Positions 1 to 8,500 of a stretch of 64,000 bases of DNA are shown here, piece after piece. The stretch spans positions 800,001 to 864,000 of the forward strand of contig CAVOXA010000001.1 in the NCBI GenBank assembly GCA_963700285.1, given 5' to 3'. The notes under the pieces were generated by a model. It saw only the letters and a program-made list of their open reading frames with translations. It was not told the DNA's origin and ran no database searches. The translations under genes were made by a program, and so were the position numbers. Origin of the DNA: an uncultured Chloroflexia bacterium (GTDB lineage Bacteria > Chloroflexota > Anaerolineae > JAAYZQ01). How positions within the stretch are numbered: the first letter of the stretch is position 1; each line of letters starts with the position of its first letter.

Positions 1-541
1 GGTGTCGTGGAGACCCTACTGGAACGGCTGCACCTGACGGAGGCGGTCTATCGAGCCGGTGGAACATCCGACCTTCCAGCCAGGTCGTACGGCTTGCCTG
101 GTTGTCGGTGATGTAGAGATCGGGGTTTTGGGAGAGCTGCACCCTGCCGTGCGCGATGCCTTTGGCCTGCCGGACTGGCGCGTGGCTGCTGCTGAGCTGG
201 ACCTGGAGGCATTGTTGGCCCAGGCACCCACCACTTGGCTGGTCGAGCCGATTTCGGCCTATCCTGCTGTGCTTCAAGACCTGGCTGTTGTGGTGGATGA
301 TAAAGTGCCGGCTGCAGAGGTCCAGGATCTCATCACCAAGACCGGAGGCTTCTTGCTCAAGGACGTGCGGCTGTTTGACGTTTATCGAGGGGATCCCGTG
401 CCGGCAGGGAAAAAGAGCCTGGCCTATGCGCTCACCTTTCAGGCGCCCGACAAGACGCTGCGCGATGCGGTTGTGGCCAAACAGGTGAAGCATATCGCCG
501 ACCGGTTGAGGCAGGAGTTGGGGGCCGAGCTGCGCGGATAG
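1..541 (+). CDS. pheT: Phenylalanyl-tRNA synthetase beta subunit, C-terminal part (truncated at window edge)
   Basis: GELHPAV, AAELDLE, ISAYPAVLQDLAVVV and FDVYRG..GKKSLAYALTFQAPDKTL..LGAELRG match the FDX-ACB anticodon-binding domain of PheT. Confidence 0.95.
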
Positions 542-567
542 CTGTTCCTGGCCTTCACTGACTGGAA

Positions 568-610
568 ACAGGCGCCCACGACGCGAGCGGTCGTGGGTGC
601 TTGTCTTGTA
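568..610 (+). terminator. Probable intrinsic terminator hairpin after pheT
   Basis: ACAGGCGCCCACGAC pairs with GTCGTGGGTGCTTGT (G-U wobbles); only a weak T-rich tail follows. Confidence 0.5.
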
Positions 611-848
611 CCATTGCCCCCAGCCCTAGCCTGAAACTCGAGTGACAGGGCACATGTCCCCTAACAGAATGGGTGGTGCGGAATGGGCGAGACGGGCAGC
701 TTGTCTGCTGGAAACGACGTGCCTTGTGTGCCTCTGCTGGACGCCGTGTATGTCGCGGCCTGAACGAGAACCTCAAGACCATATGTAGGCCCGGGACGAC
801 CATCGTTCTGATCATGAAGGCGAACAGCGCGTATCAGATCGCCACACT

Positions 849-876
849 TTGCATACCGGACCATCGATGGTATAAT
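849..876 (+). promoter_or_regulatory. Sigma70-type promoter
   Basis: TTGCAT-N16-TATAAT with extended -10 TG, about 70 nt upstream of ATG 948. Confidence 0.6.
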
Positions 877-947
877 GGAATGCACACGATCTCGCACAGA
901 GGCGTTGACGACAGCCTCCCAGATTGGCGCAAGTGGACAGGCGATTT

Positions 948-3359
948 ATGCCAGACATCATCAACCCCTACATACCGGGCCAGCCCGTAGATGATCCAGA
1001 CCTCTTTTTCGGGCGTCGAGACTTGTTCATCTGGATCCGGGAGCACCTGATCAAAGGACGGCGTGTCTTTGGTATTTCTGGCGCCCATCGCATCGGCAAG
1101 ACGTCGCTGATCCGGCAGCTGCCAGTCCACCTGCCGGATGAGTTTCTGACGGTGGGGGTCAGGTTTTCCGAAAAAGAAGCTTCCCGGCTGGACTGGCTGC
1201 TTTGGCAAGTGGCGGATGCCATCGCCACACAGGCGGTTGGACAGCTCCCGGCAGAATACAGTCGGCCTGACTGGGCTGACTTTGAGGGACATCCAGACCG
1301 GTTGCTGACAAAATTCTGGCCGCGGGTGCGGACAGCTTTGGGGGACCGGTGTCTGGTGCTCATGATTGACGATCTGGATTCCCTGGCCCGGGAACAGTCC
1401 AACCTCCTGGACCCCTTTCTTTCTGTGATGGCGAACTGGCGCGAGCAGGACGAGGGATTGGCGCTGGTCATGACCACCGCGCCAACCTGGCAGGAGACGC
1501 TGTCGCGCAAGCATCCCCGGTTGTTTGGAGGCTCTCTCACGTCCGTGTTGGGTACATTGTCCAGTGAGGATGCATCCCGCCTGATCACCTGGCCGGTGGA
1601 TGGCGTGCTCACCTACGACTATGGCGTTCCGAGACGGATGGTCGAGACCACCTCCGGCCAGCCGTACTACTTGCAACTGCTCTGTTTCGAGGTGTTTAAT
1701 CGCTGTGCAACAGCCGGGTGGGTCAACCAGCGGGATCTAGATTTCGTAGTCGAAGAGCTTGTCAGCCGGGATATTCCCGAGTTTCGTCAGGTCTGGGACG
1801 AGTCCTCCCCGCAGGAGCAGGCTGTCCTGGCTGTCCTGGCCTCTCTCCGTGGGGCACGGGGCATCGCCACCGAGCAGGAGGTTGGCAAGGCTCTATCCAA
1901 GCTTGGGACACGCGTGGATTCCGCCCAGATCACCCTCGCAATGGAGAGCCTGGCGGCTCGGGACATCTTGGAACGTCTTGGCGCTTTGAGCTACCGCTTC
2001 CGCGTGGCACTGCTTCGCGATTGGTTGGGCGAGCGGATCGATCTTCAGGAGGTCGTGCGCGACACGCGCTGGCGTGCATCACAGCGCGACAGGTCTCTGG
2101 GTGATCGGCCTGTGCAGATGCTGCACGTCGGAAAGGAACAGAAGCAGGGGCCAGCCGTGCCCAGCCAGGAAACCGAGAGTGTTGCGGTCAAGGCTTCTCC
2201 CGATGCCGCCAAAGATGAAGGGCAGGATCCTGTCAGGAGTCGTCGCTGGCTATGGCTCATCTTGGCTGCGGCCTTGATTCTGGTATTGGTGATCCTGGGC
2301 CGCATGCTATCTTCCCCAATACCTACTGAGCCACTGTCCGCGGTGGTTTCTCTTGTCTCGCCGACGACGCGTCTGACGGTGCCAATCGCAACTCGAACCC
2401 TAGTACCAGAGGCGGCTGCCGGGTCACCCAGCACTGTGGCGCCGAGCGATGTGCCGCTGCTTGAACCGACGCCGACGCCCGCACCAACGCAGCCCCCGGC
2501 GCCCACTCTGTCGCCAACGCCTACACCTCCAAGGGTAGTTGCTCGATCTGTGCCATCCATCGCCTACCAGTCGCGAAGGCCGCAGGATGGGCGCTGGTTT
2601 GTCTATATCATGGATAGCAATGGGGGCAATCGAACCCTGGTCAGCGAAGGGCAGGACGGTTTTTTGTCTGCGCCTTCCTGGTCGCCCGATGGCTCCCGGT
2701 TTGCCCTGGTCTCCGACGCCGACGGTGCATCGGACATCTGGGTGATAGGCATTGACGGCAGTGATCCGGTCAACCTGACGCAGCATGAGGCCAAGGACCA
2801 CTCGCCAGCGTGGTCGCCAGATGGGGAATGGATCGCCTTTGCGTCGGTTCGGGATTCACCGTACTGGGAACTGTACGTGATGCGGGTCGACGGATCGGAT
2901 CTACAGAGGCTAACTTGGTGGGAGGATGCTTCGGATCTGTGGCCCACCTGGTCTCCTGATGGAACCCGTCTGGCCTTTGCCTCCAAACGGGATGGCAACT
3001 GGGAGATCTATAGCATGGACCGCGACGGTTCCAATCTGATACGGCTGACCCACCATCCCGACGATGATACAAACCCCGCTTGGTCTCCGGATGGCAGCCG
3101 CATCGCCTTCGAGAGTACCCGGGAAGGGTATGCCGAGATCTATGTCGTGCCGGTCGGTGGCGGCGCGCCGGTCAACGTGAGTCAGCTATCCTGGGCCACC
3201 GACCTGGGTCCATCCTGGTCACCTGACGGTGGGCGTATGGTCTTCTACTCGGATCGCGATGGGGATTGGGACATCTATGTCATGGCTTCCGATGGTTCTG
3301 ACGTGGTCAAGCTCACTGGAGATACCAGCAATGATCAAGTTCCTGCCTGGCGGCCCTGA
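948..3359 (+). CDS. AAA/STAND-like ATPase + single TM + Pro/Thr linker + TolB-like (PD40) beta-propeller
   Basis: NPYIPGQPV..FFGR, Walker A GAHRIGKTS, Walker B LVLMIDDLD, GQPYYLQLLC; TM WLWLILAAALILVLVILG; PTPTPAPT linker; repeated P(A/S/T)WSPDG motifs. Confidence 0.85.
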   Translation: MPDIINPYIPGQPVDDPDLFFGRRDLFIWIREHLIKGRRVFGISGAHRIGKTSLIRQLPVHLPDEFLTVGVRFSEKEASRLDWLLWQVADAIATQAVGQLPAEYSRPDWADFEGHPDRLLTKFWPRVRTALGDRCLVLMIDDLDSLAREQSNLLDPFLSVMANWREQDEGLALVMTTAPTWQETLSRKHPRLFGGSLTSVLGTLSSEDASRLITWPVDGVLTYDYGVPRRMVETTSGQPYYLQLLCFEVFNRCATAGWVNQRDLDFVVEELVSRDIPEFRQVWDESSPQEQAVLAVLASLRGARGIATEQEVGKALSKLGTRVDSAQITLAMESLAARDILERLGALSYRFRVALLRDWLGERIDLQEVVRDTRWRASQRDRSLGDRPVQMLHVGKEQKQGPAVPSQETESVAVKASPDAAKDEGQDPVRSRRWLWLILAAALILVLVILGRMLSSPIPTEPLSAVVSLVSPTTRLTVPIATRTLVPEAAAGSPSTVAPSDVPLLEPTPTPAPTQPPAPTLSPTPTPPRVVARSVPSIAYQSRRPQDGRWFVYIMDSNGGNRTLVSEGQDGFLSAPSWSPDGSRFALVSDADGASDIWVIGIDGSDPVNLTQHEAKDHSPAWSPDGEWIAFASVRDSPYWELYVMRVDGSDLQRLTWWEDASDLWPTWSPDGTRLAFASKRDGNWEIYSMDRDGSNLIRLTHHPDDDTNPAWSPDGSRIAFESTREGYAEIYVVPVGGGAPVNVSQLSWATDLGPSWSPDGGRMVFYSDRDGDWDIYVMASDGSDVVKLTGDTSNDQVPAWRP

Positions 3360-3434
3360 GGTTGATCAAGACCGTGGGGCAAATGACCAATGACAGGTGG
3401 CCGGGTTCGTGGGTGATTCGTCTCTCGGCGCTTG

Positions 3435-4391
3435 TCATGGGTCTGGGTCCTCGGTAGTATCCTGGCACCAGCCGTTTTCCAGCCCAGCAGCATGATAGGC
3501 ATCCAGAGCGGATTCGTACTCTTCCGAAGTGATCTTGCGGCCAAGGACAGAGTCCCCAACCGCCCGGTGAGCCGGGAAGTACTGGTCCATGAGGCTGATA
3601 TGAACGCTGGGTGAGAGGCTTTCTGCAACCCAGCGAAGCACATCATCTGTGCCTGCTTGCCCGGAGGGTAGAACCAGATGGCGGATGATCATCCCGCGCT
3701 GGGCCAGCCCCATCTCATCCAACACCAGCTCTGCCCCCACCTGGCGATATATCTCTTGCAACGCTGCACGATTGTATTCGATGTAATCCGAGAACCCGGA
3801 GAGCTTCTTGGCTATGTGGTTGTTGGCATATTTGGCATCGGGCAGCCAGATATCGACAATGTTCTCCAGTAGATGCAATACCTCGGACCGTTCGTAGCCG
3901 CTGGTGTTATAGACCAAGGGCAGTCGCAATCCACCTTCGATAGCGGCCGGCAGAGCAGCCATCATCTGAGGCATAAAGTGGGTGGGGGTCACAAAGTTGA
4001 TATTGTGTGCCCCTTTGCGCTGCAGTTCCAGCATGATCTCGGCCAGCCGCTCAATGCTCACACGATCGCCGTAGCCGAGCTGGCTGATGGGATAGTTTTG
4101 GCAGAATTGGCATCGCCCGGTGCATCCAGAGAAAAAGATGGTACCTGAACCGTGCGTACCGCTGATAGGTGGTTCTTCCCACGCGTGCAGATTCCAGCTT
4201 GAGAGTTTCGCTTGGTCGTCCATACGGCATACTCCCCGTTCACCGTCTAGGCGGTCTACGCCACAGAGGTGAGGACAGAGCAGGCATGGAGACAGAAAGC
4301 TCCAAGCTGCCTCAATGCGTTGGGCCAGCTCCCCGCTATGATAAAGCGCCAGATAACCAGGTTCAATCACAATTCGGCCAGAAGCCTCCAT
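3435..4391 (-). CDS. PflX-like radical SAM protein (pyruvate formate-lyase activating enzyme family); start uncertain
   Basis: CLLCPHLCGVDR, WEEPPISGTHGSGTIFFSGCTGRCQFCQN (CxxxCxxC), GAHNINFVTPTH, IIRHLVLP. Confidence 0.85.
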   Translation of the reverse strand: MEASGRIVIEPGYLALYHSGELAQRIEAAWSFLSPCLLCPHLCGVDRLDGERGVCRMDDQAKLSSWNLHAWEEPPISGTHGSGTIFFSGCTGRCQFCQNYPISQLGYGDRVSIERLAEIMLELQRKGAHNINFVTPTHFMPQMMAALPAAIEGGLRLPLVYNTSGYERSEVLHLLENIVDIWLPDAKYANNHIAKKLSGFSDYIEYNRAALQEIYRQVGAELVLDEMGLAQRGMIIRHLVLPSGQAGTDDVLRWVAESLSPSVHISLMDQYFPAHRAVGDSVLGRKITSEEYESALDAYHAAGLENGWCQDTTEDPDP

Positions 4392-4699
4392 CCACAAGTT
4401 CACAGACCTCAGGCTCTGTCTGCTGACGATCCTCGTTCTGCGCTCGGGCAGAACGTGGAAAGCCATTATAGGGCTGACCGTCGAAGGTGTCAACTGAACT
4501 TGATCTACCCACCCAGCCCTCCGGGTTCGCACAAGTGTAGCCATAGCCTATGACTTTTGTATTGAGGGCGGTTCACCCAGGCCAACACGCCAATGGCCGT
4601 ACTTGGCTACGGAGAATACCCCCCGAGATTGGGGTCCACAGGAATGAACCGCGCATCTCTGGCTAAATGCACCTGGCAAAGCTTGGGGCAGATGTGTCA

Positions 4700-4728
4700 T
4701 TGACCGATGTTTGGAACTGTGCTATCAT
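4700..4728 (+). promoter_or_regulatory. Sigma70-type promoter upstream of the ECF gene
   Basis: TTGACC-N17-TATCAT with extended -10 TG; it overlaps ATG 4707, so that ATG is unlikely to be the real start. Confidence 0.5.
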
Positions 4729-4919
4729 GTGGCGACTATCCTCTGGCGCGGGCCATGTTTTTCGGTGCTTCTAGGATGTTTTTGGGGACAGCGGGTTGGT
4801 ACGAAGGGGGCTCTCTGGCAAGCGCCACCAGGGGAGATAGAGCGCGGCCCGGCCTGAAGCAAAAACGAGAATGCTTGCTTCAGGAGCCGTATCCTTTCGG
4901 AGAGCTAACCGGTATAACA

Positions 4920-5582
4920 GTGGATGTCGATGATGCTCTGAGTGTACCTGAGGTGTCGGTATCTCAGGAACCGCATAGCAAAGTGGGTCACTTTGAGCTA
5001 GCCAAGCGCAAGGATAGGCAGGTCTCGTCTGGAGTTCGCCAGGGGGAAGGCCGTCTGGTCAACCAGGCTAGGCGGGGTGACAATCGGGCGTTCAGCGAGC
5101 TATATCGACGCCATGTTGACATGATCTATCGCTATGCCTATGCTAGGGTAAGGGATGCGACGATAGCTGAGGACCTGACGGCTCAGGTTTTTCTCAAGGC
5201 CTTTGAGGGTTTGCCGAACTATGAACCCCGGGGGGCGCCATTTTCGGCCTGGTTGTATCGCATAGCCCATGCCAGAATCGTTGATTACTGGCGCCAACAG
5301 CAGCGCCGCCAAGAGGTGGGCTTGCTAGAGAGTTTGCCGGCAACAGATCCTCAGCCCGAGGATATCGTTCTCGCCAAATCAGAGTGGAAAGCCGCCGTCG
5401 ATTTGCTGGCTCAATTGACAGACGATCAGCGCGATGTGATCATACTGCGGTTCATCGAGGAAATGAGTTTGGCAGAGGTAGCTGAAACACTGGACAAGAC
5501 GGTCGGTGCGGTTAAAGCGTTGCAGCATCGCGCTCTGGCATCGCTGGCGCGCATACAGAGAGCACAGGTTTCTGCTCTGTGA
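4920..5582 (+). CDS. ECF-subfamily RNA polymerase sigma factor (start uncertain: GTG 4920, 4953 or 4983)
   Basis: Region 2 AFSELYRRH..AEDLTAQVFLKAF..FSAWLYRIA; region 4 LTDDQRDVIILRF..SLAEVAETLDKTVGAVKALQHRAL; stop overlaps the next start (GTGA). Confidence 0.93.
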   Translation: MDVDDALSVPEVSVSQEPHSKVGHFELAKRKDRQVSSGVRQGEGRLVNQARRGDNRAFSELYRRHVDMIYRYAYARVRDATIAEDLTAQVFLKAFEGLPNYEPRGAPFSAWLYRIAHARIVDYWRQQQRRQEVGLLESLPATDPQPEDIVLAKSEWKAAVDLLAQLTDDQRDVIILRFIEEMSLAEVAETLDKTVGAVKALQHRALASLARIQRAQVSAL

Positions 5583-8500
5583 CCGAGATGGCTGAGGATT
5601 TCACCTCGATCCTGGAACAATGCCTGGGTCAGATCGGTGCTGGCAAGTCGACGATCTGGAACTGCCTGGCCCGGTATCCAGAACTGGCTGGTGAACTGGA
5701 ACCCCTGCTGCTAGCGGCCGAACAGATGTGGCTAGTTCCCAAACCTGTATTGTCCTCCGAGGCCAGGGCCAGGATCGATGTACAGGTGTTTAGTGTAGCC
5801 GGTGCCAGCGAGCAACGCCGGCCCGCCGTAGGCCAGCCCCCAAGCGCTGGCCGAAAGAGGGGCTGGACATCCGTCTGGCGGTGGGCTGCCACGGGACTGG
5901 CTTTCCTCGCCGTCTTTTTTCTGTCATTTACGTTCGTCGCGGATGCCGTAGGCAAGACCCTGCCAGGTTCTCCCCTTCACCCTGTCAAACTGGCTGCAGA
6001 GAATACTCGTCTGTGGCTGGCTCCCTCCCAGAACAAGCCGAAACTGCAACTGGAGTTTGCTAGGCGCCGTTTGGAGGAGGTGACAGCGCTAACCGAGCTT
6101 GGGGATGTGGATGCCTCGATCGTGAATGCTATGACCGAGGAGACAGAAGCTGCTCTCATGGGTCTTGCGTCACTGCCTCCGGATGCGGCCGTGCCGCTTA
6201 TGGGTGACATGGTGGCATTGATTTCTGACCAGGATCAGACCTTGTCCCGCATGATTGAGGGTTCGCCGGCCGGATTGCGGGATCAAGTCGCAACAGCGTT
6301 GGAGTTGAATGCGGCGCAAGCGGCTCGTTCACGCTCACTGGTTGGTTCGTTACCCATGCCACCTTCTATCGCCGTGCTCGCGACGGCCAACCTGGACAGT
6401 GTACCTGAGCCAGAAGGAGAGGTGGAGTATACGGTTTCGGTGACCAATGATGGAGCGGAGCGAGTCACGGTAATATCCCTGTTGAGTGACATCCGTGGAG
6501 ACCTTGATGGCCAGGGCACCTGCTCTTTGCCCCCGGAAGGCATCTTGCTGAGCCCTGACGAATCATATGTCTGTACCTTTGGCGCCGTCGTCGCAGGCAA
6601 CGCCGATCAAGCGCAAACTGATACGGTGACAGCGGTGGTCATGGACGATGAGGGCTTTGAGGCCAGGGTATCCACAAGCGCCACGGTGCTGGTCGGCGAT
6701 GTGGCGCCTACGATTGGGATTTACAGGACCGCGAACCCCGACAGCCTGCCTGAGCCTGGGGGCGTCGTTCAATTCAAGGTGCGGGTGACCAACGTTGGGC
6801 TTGAAACTGTCATCCTAACCGGTCTCGAGGACGGCGAGCGCGGTGATCTGAACGGTTGGGGTACTTGTTCGCTGCCCCCGGAGGGAATCACGATCAACCC
6901 TGGTGGGGCCTACGAGTGTACCTTCAGCGCCAAGGTTTCCGGCAACGCTGCTACGAAAAAACCCAATATCGTGACCGCCATAGCGGCCGATGATGAGGGC
7001 AACACAGTCCAGTCTTCGGCAAGCGCTGTGGTGTCTTTCACTGACGTACTTCCGGTGGTTGCCGTGAGCAAGGCGGTGCTCCCCAGCAGTGTGCCAGAGC
7101 CCGGGGGTACGGCGCAGTTTACTGTGCGGGTGACCAATGTGGGAGTCGAGGATGTCCGCCTTGATGCGCTGGTGGATGACGTTCATGGAGATCTGCATGG
7201 GAGGGGAACCTGTTCCCTGGCACCTGGTGAGGTGGTCATCACTCCTGCGGAAACCTACGAGTGCTCATTTGCTGCGATGGTGGCCGGCAACGCTGGGGAA
7301 AGCAAGATGGCTGTAGTCACAGCCATTGTATCCGACGATGAGGGAAACAGAACCGGCGCTTCCGATAGCGCAAGTGTGACTATCGCTGATGCTCTTCCGG
7401 AGATAGATGTCAGCAGAACGGCAGAACCGGCCCGAGTGCCTGAACCAGGGGGCAAGGTAGAGTTCACGGTACGCGTTGTCAATCGGGGGCCTGAAAGCCT
7501 CGAACTTGTATCATTGGTAGATGATGCGCTCGGTGATCTGAACGGGAAGGGAACCTGTTCTGTGCTGCCCGGTGAGACGATTATTGAGCCTGGTGGGTTC
7601 TACCAGTGCAGCTTTGTCTCCCACGTTTCTGGGAATGCAGATGACGCGTGGACTGATGTAGTGAGTGCCGTAGCTTTGGACGATGAGAGCAACTGGGCGA
7701 AGGCTGCGGGCAGCGTTACAGTGGTTGTCACCGATGTGGCACCCCTGATCAGCGTGCGAAAGACGGCGAGGCCCAGCAGTGTGCCCGAGCCCGGGGGAGC
7801 GGTGGAATTTACCGTGAGTGTGACCAATCAAGGCGTGGAGGATGTCAGTCTCCTTTCGCTCCTGGATGACAACCACGGTGACCTGCATGGGCTAGGTACT
7901 TGTTCCCTGCGGCCGGACGAGATGAGAGTCAGCCCCGGTGATACCTACACGTGCCGCTTCAGTACTGTGGTCTCTGGCAAGCCAGCGGAGAGCTGGACCG
8001 ATACTGTCACGGCTGTCGCATCGGATGACGAGGGGAACAGGGCAAGGGCAGCTGCTGCTACGAGGGTGACCATCAGAGACGTGCTGCCGGCGATAGCTGT
8101 CAGAAAGACGGCAATGCCAAATCGTGTGCCTGAACCAGGAGGCAGTGTCAAGTTCACGGTACGCGTTACCAACAATGGGGCTGAGCAAGTCGTCCTGGAT
8201 GCGCTGGTAGATGATGCTCATGGCAACCTGAGTGGCCAGGGCACCTGTTCGGTGCCGCCTAGTAAGGTTATGATCGATCCTGGCACCGCCTACGATTGTT
8301 CCTATTCTGTTGTTGTTTCTGGCAATGCTGGGGATGTGGAGACGAGCGCGGTGACCGCTGCGGTGTCGGATGATGAGGGCAATAGGGCCAAGGCTGTGGG
8401 CAGTACTGCGGTGGCCACAATCGACGTCCCACCGCAGATTGACGTGAACCTGGTGGCAAAGCCGGACACGGCACCCGAGTCGGGGGGGAAGATTCAGCTT

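Noticed and set aside
4707-4919. Long N-terminal extension on the ECF sigma
   Set aside because: ATG 4707 lies inside a predicted promoter and the extension has no domain-like features
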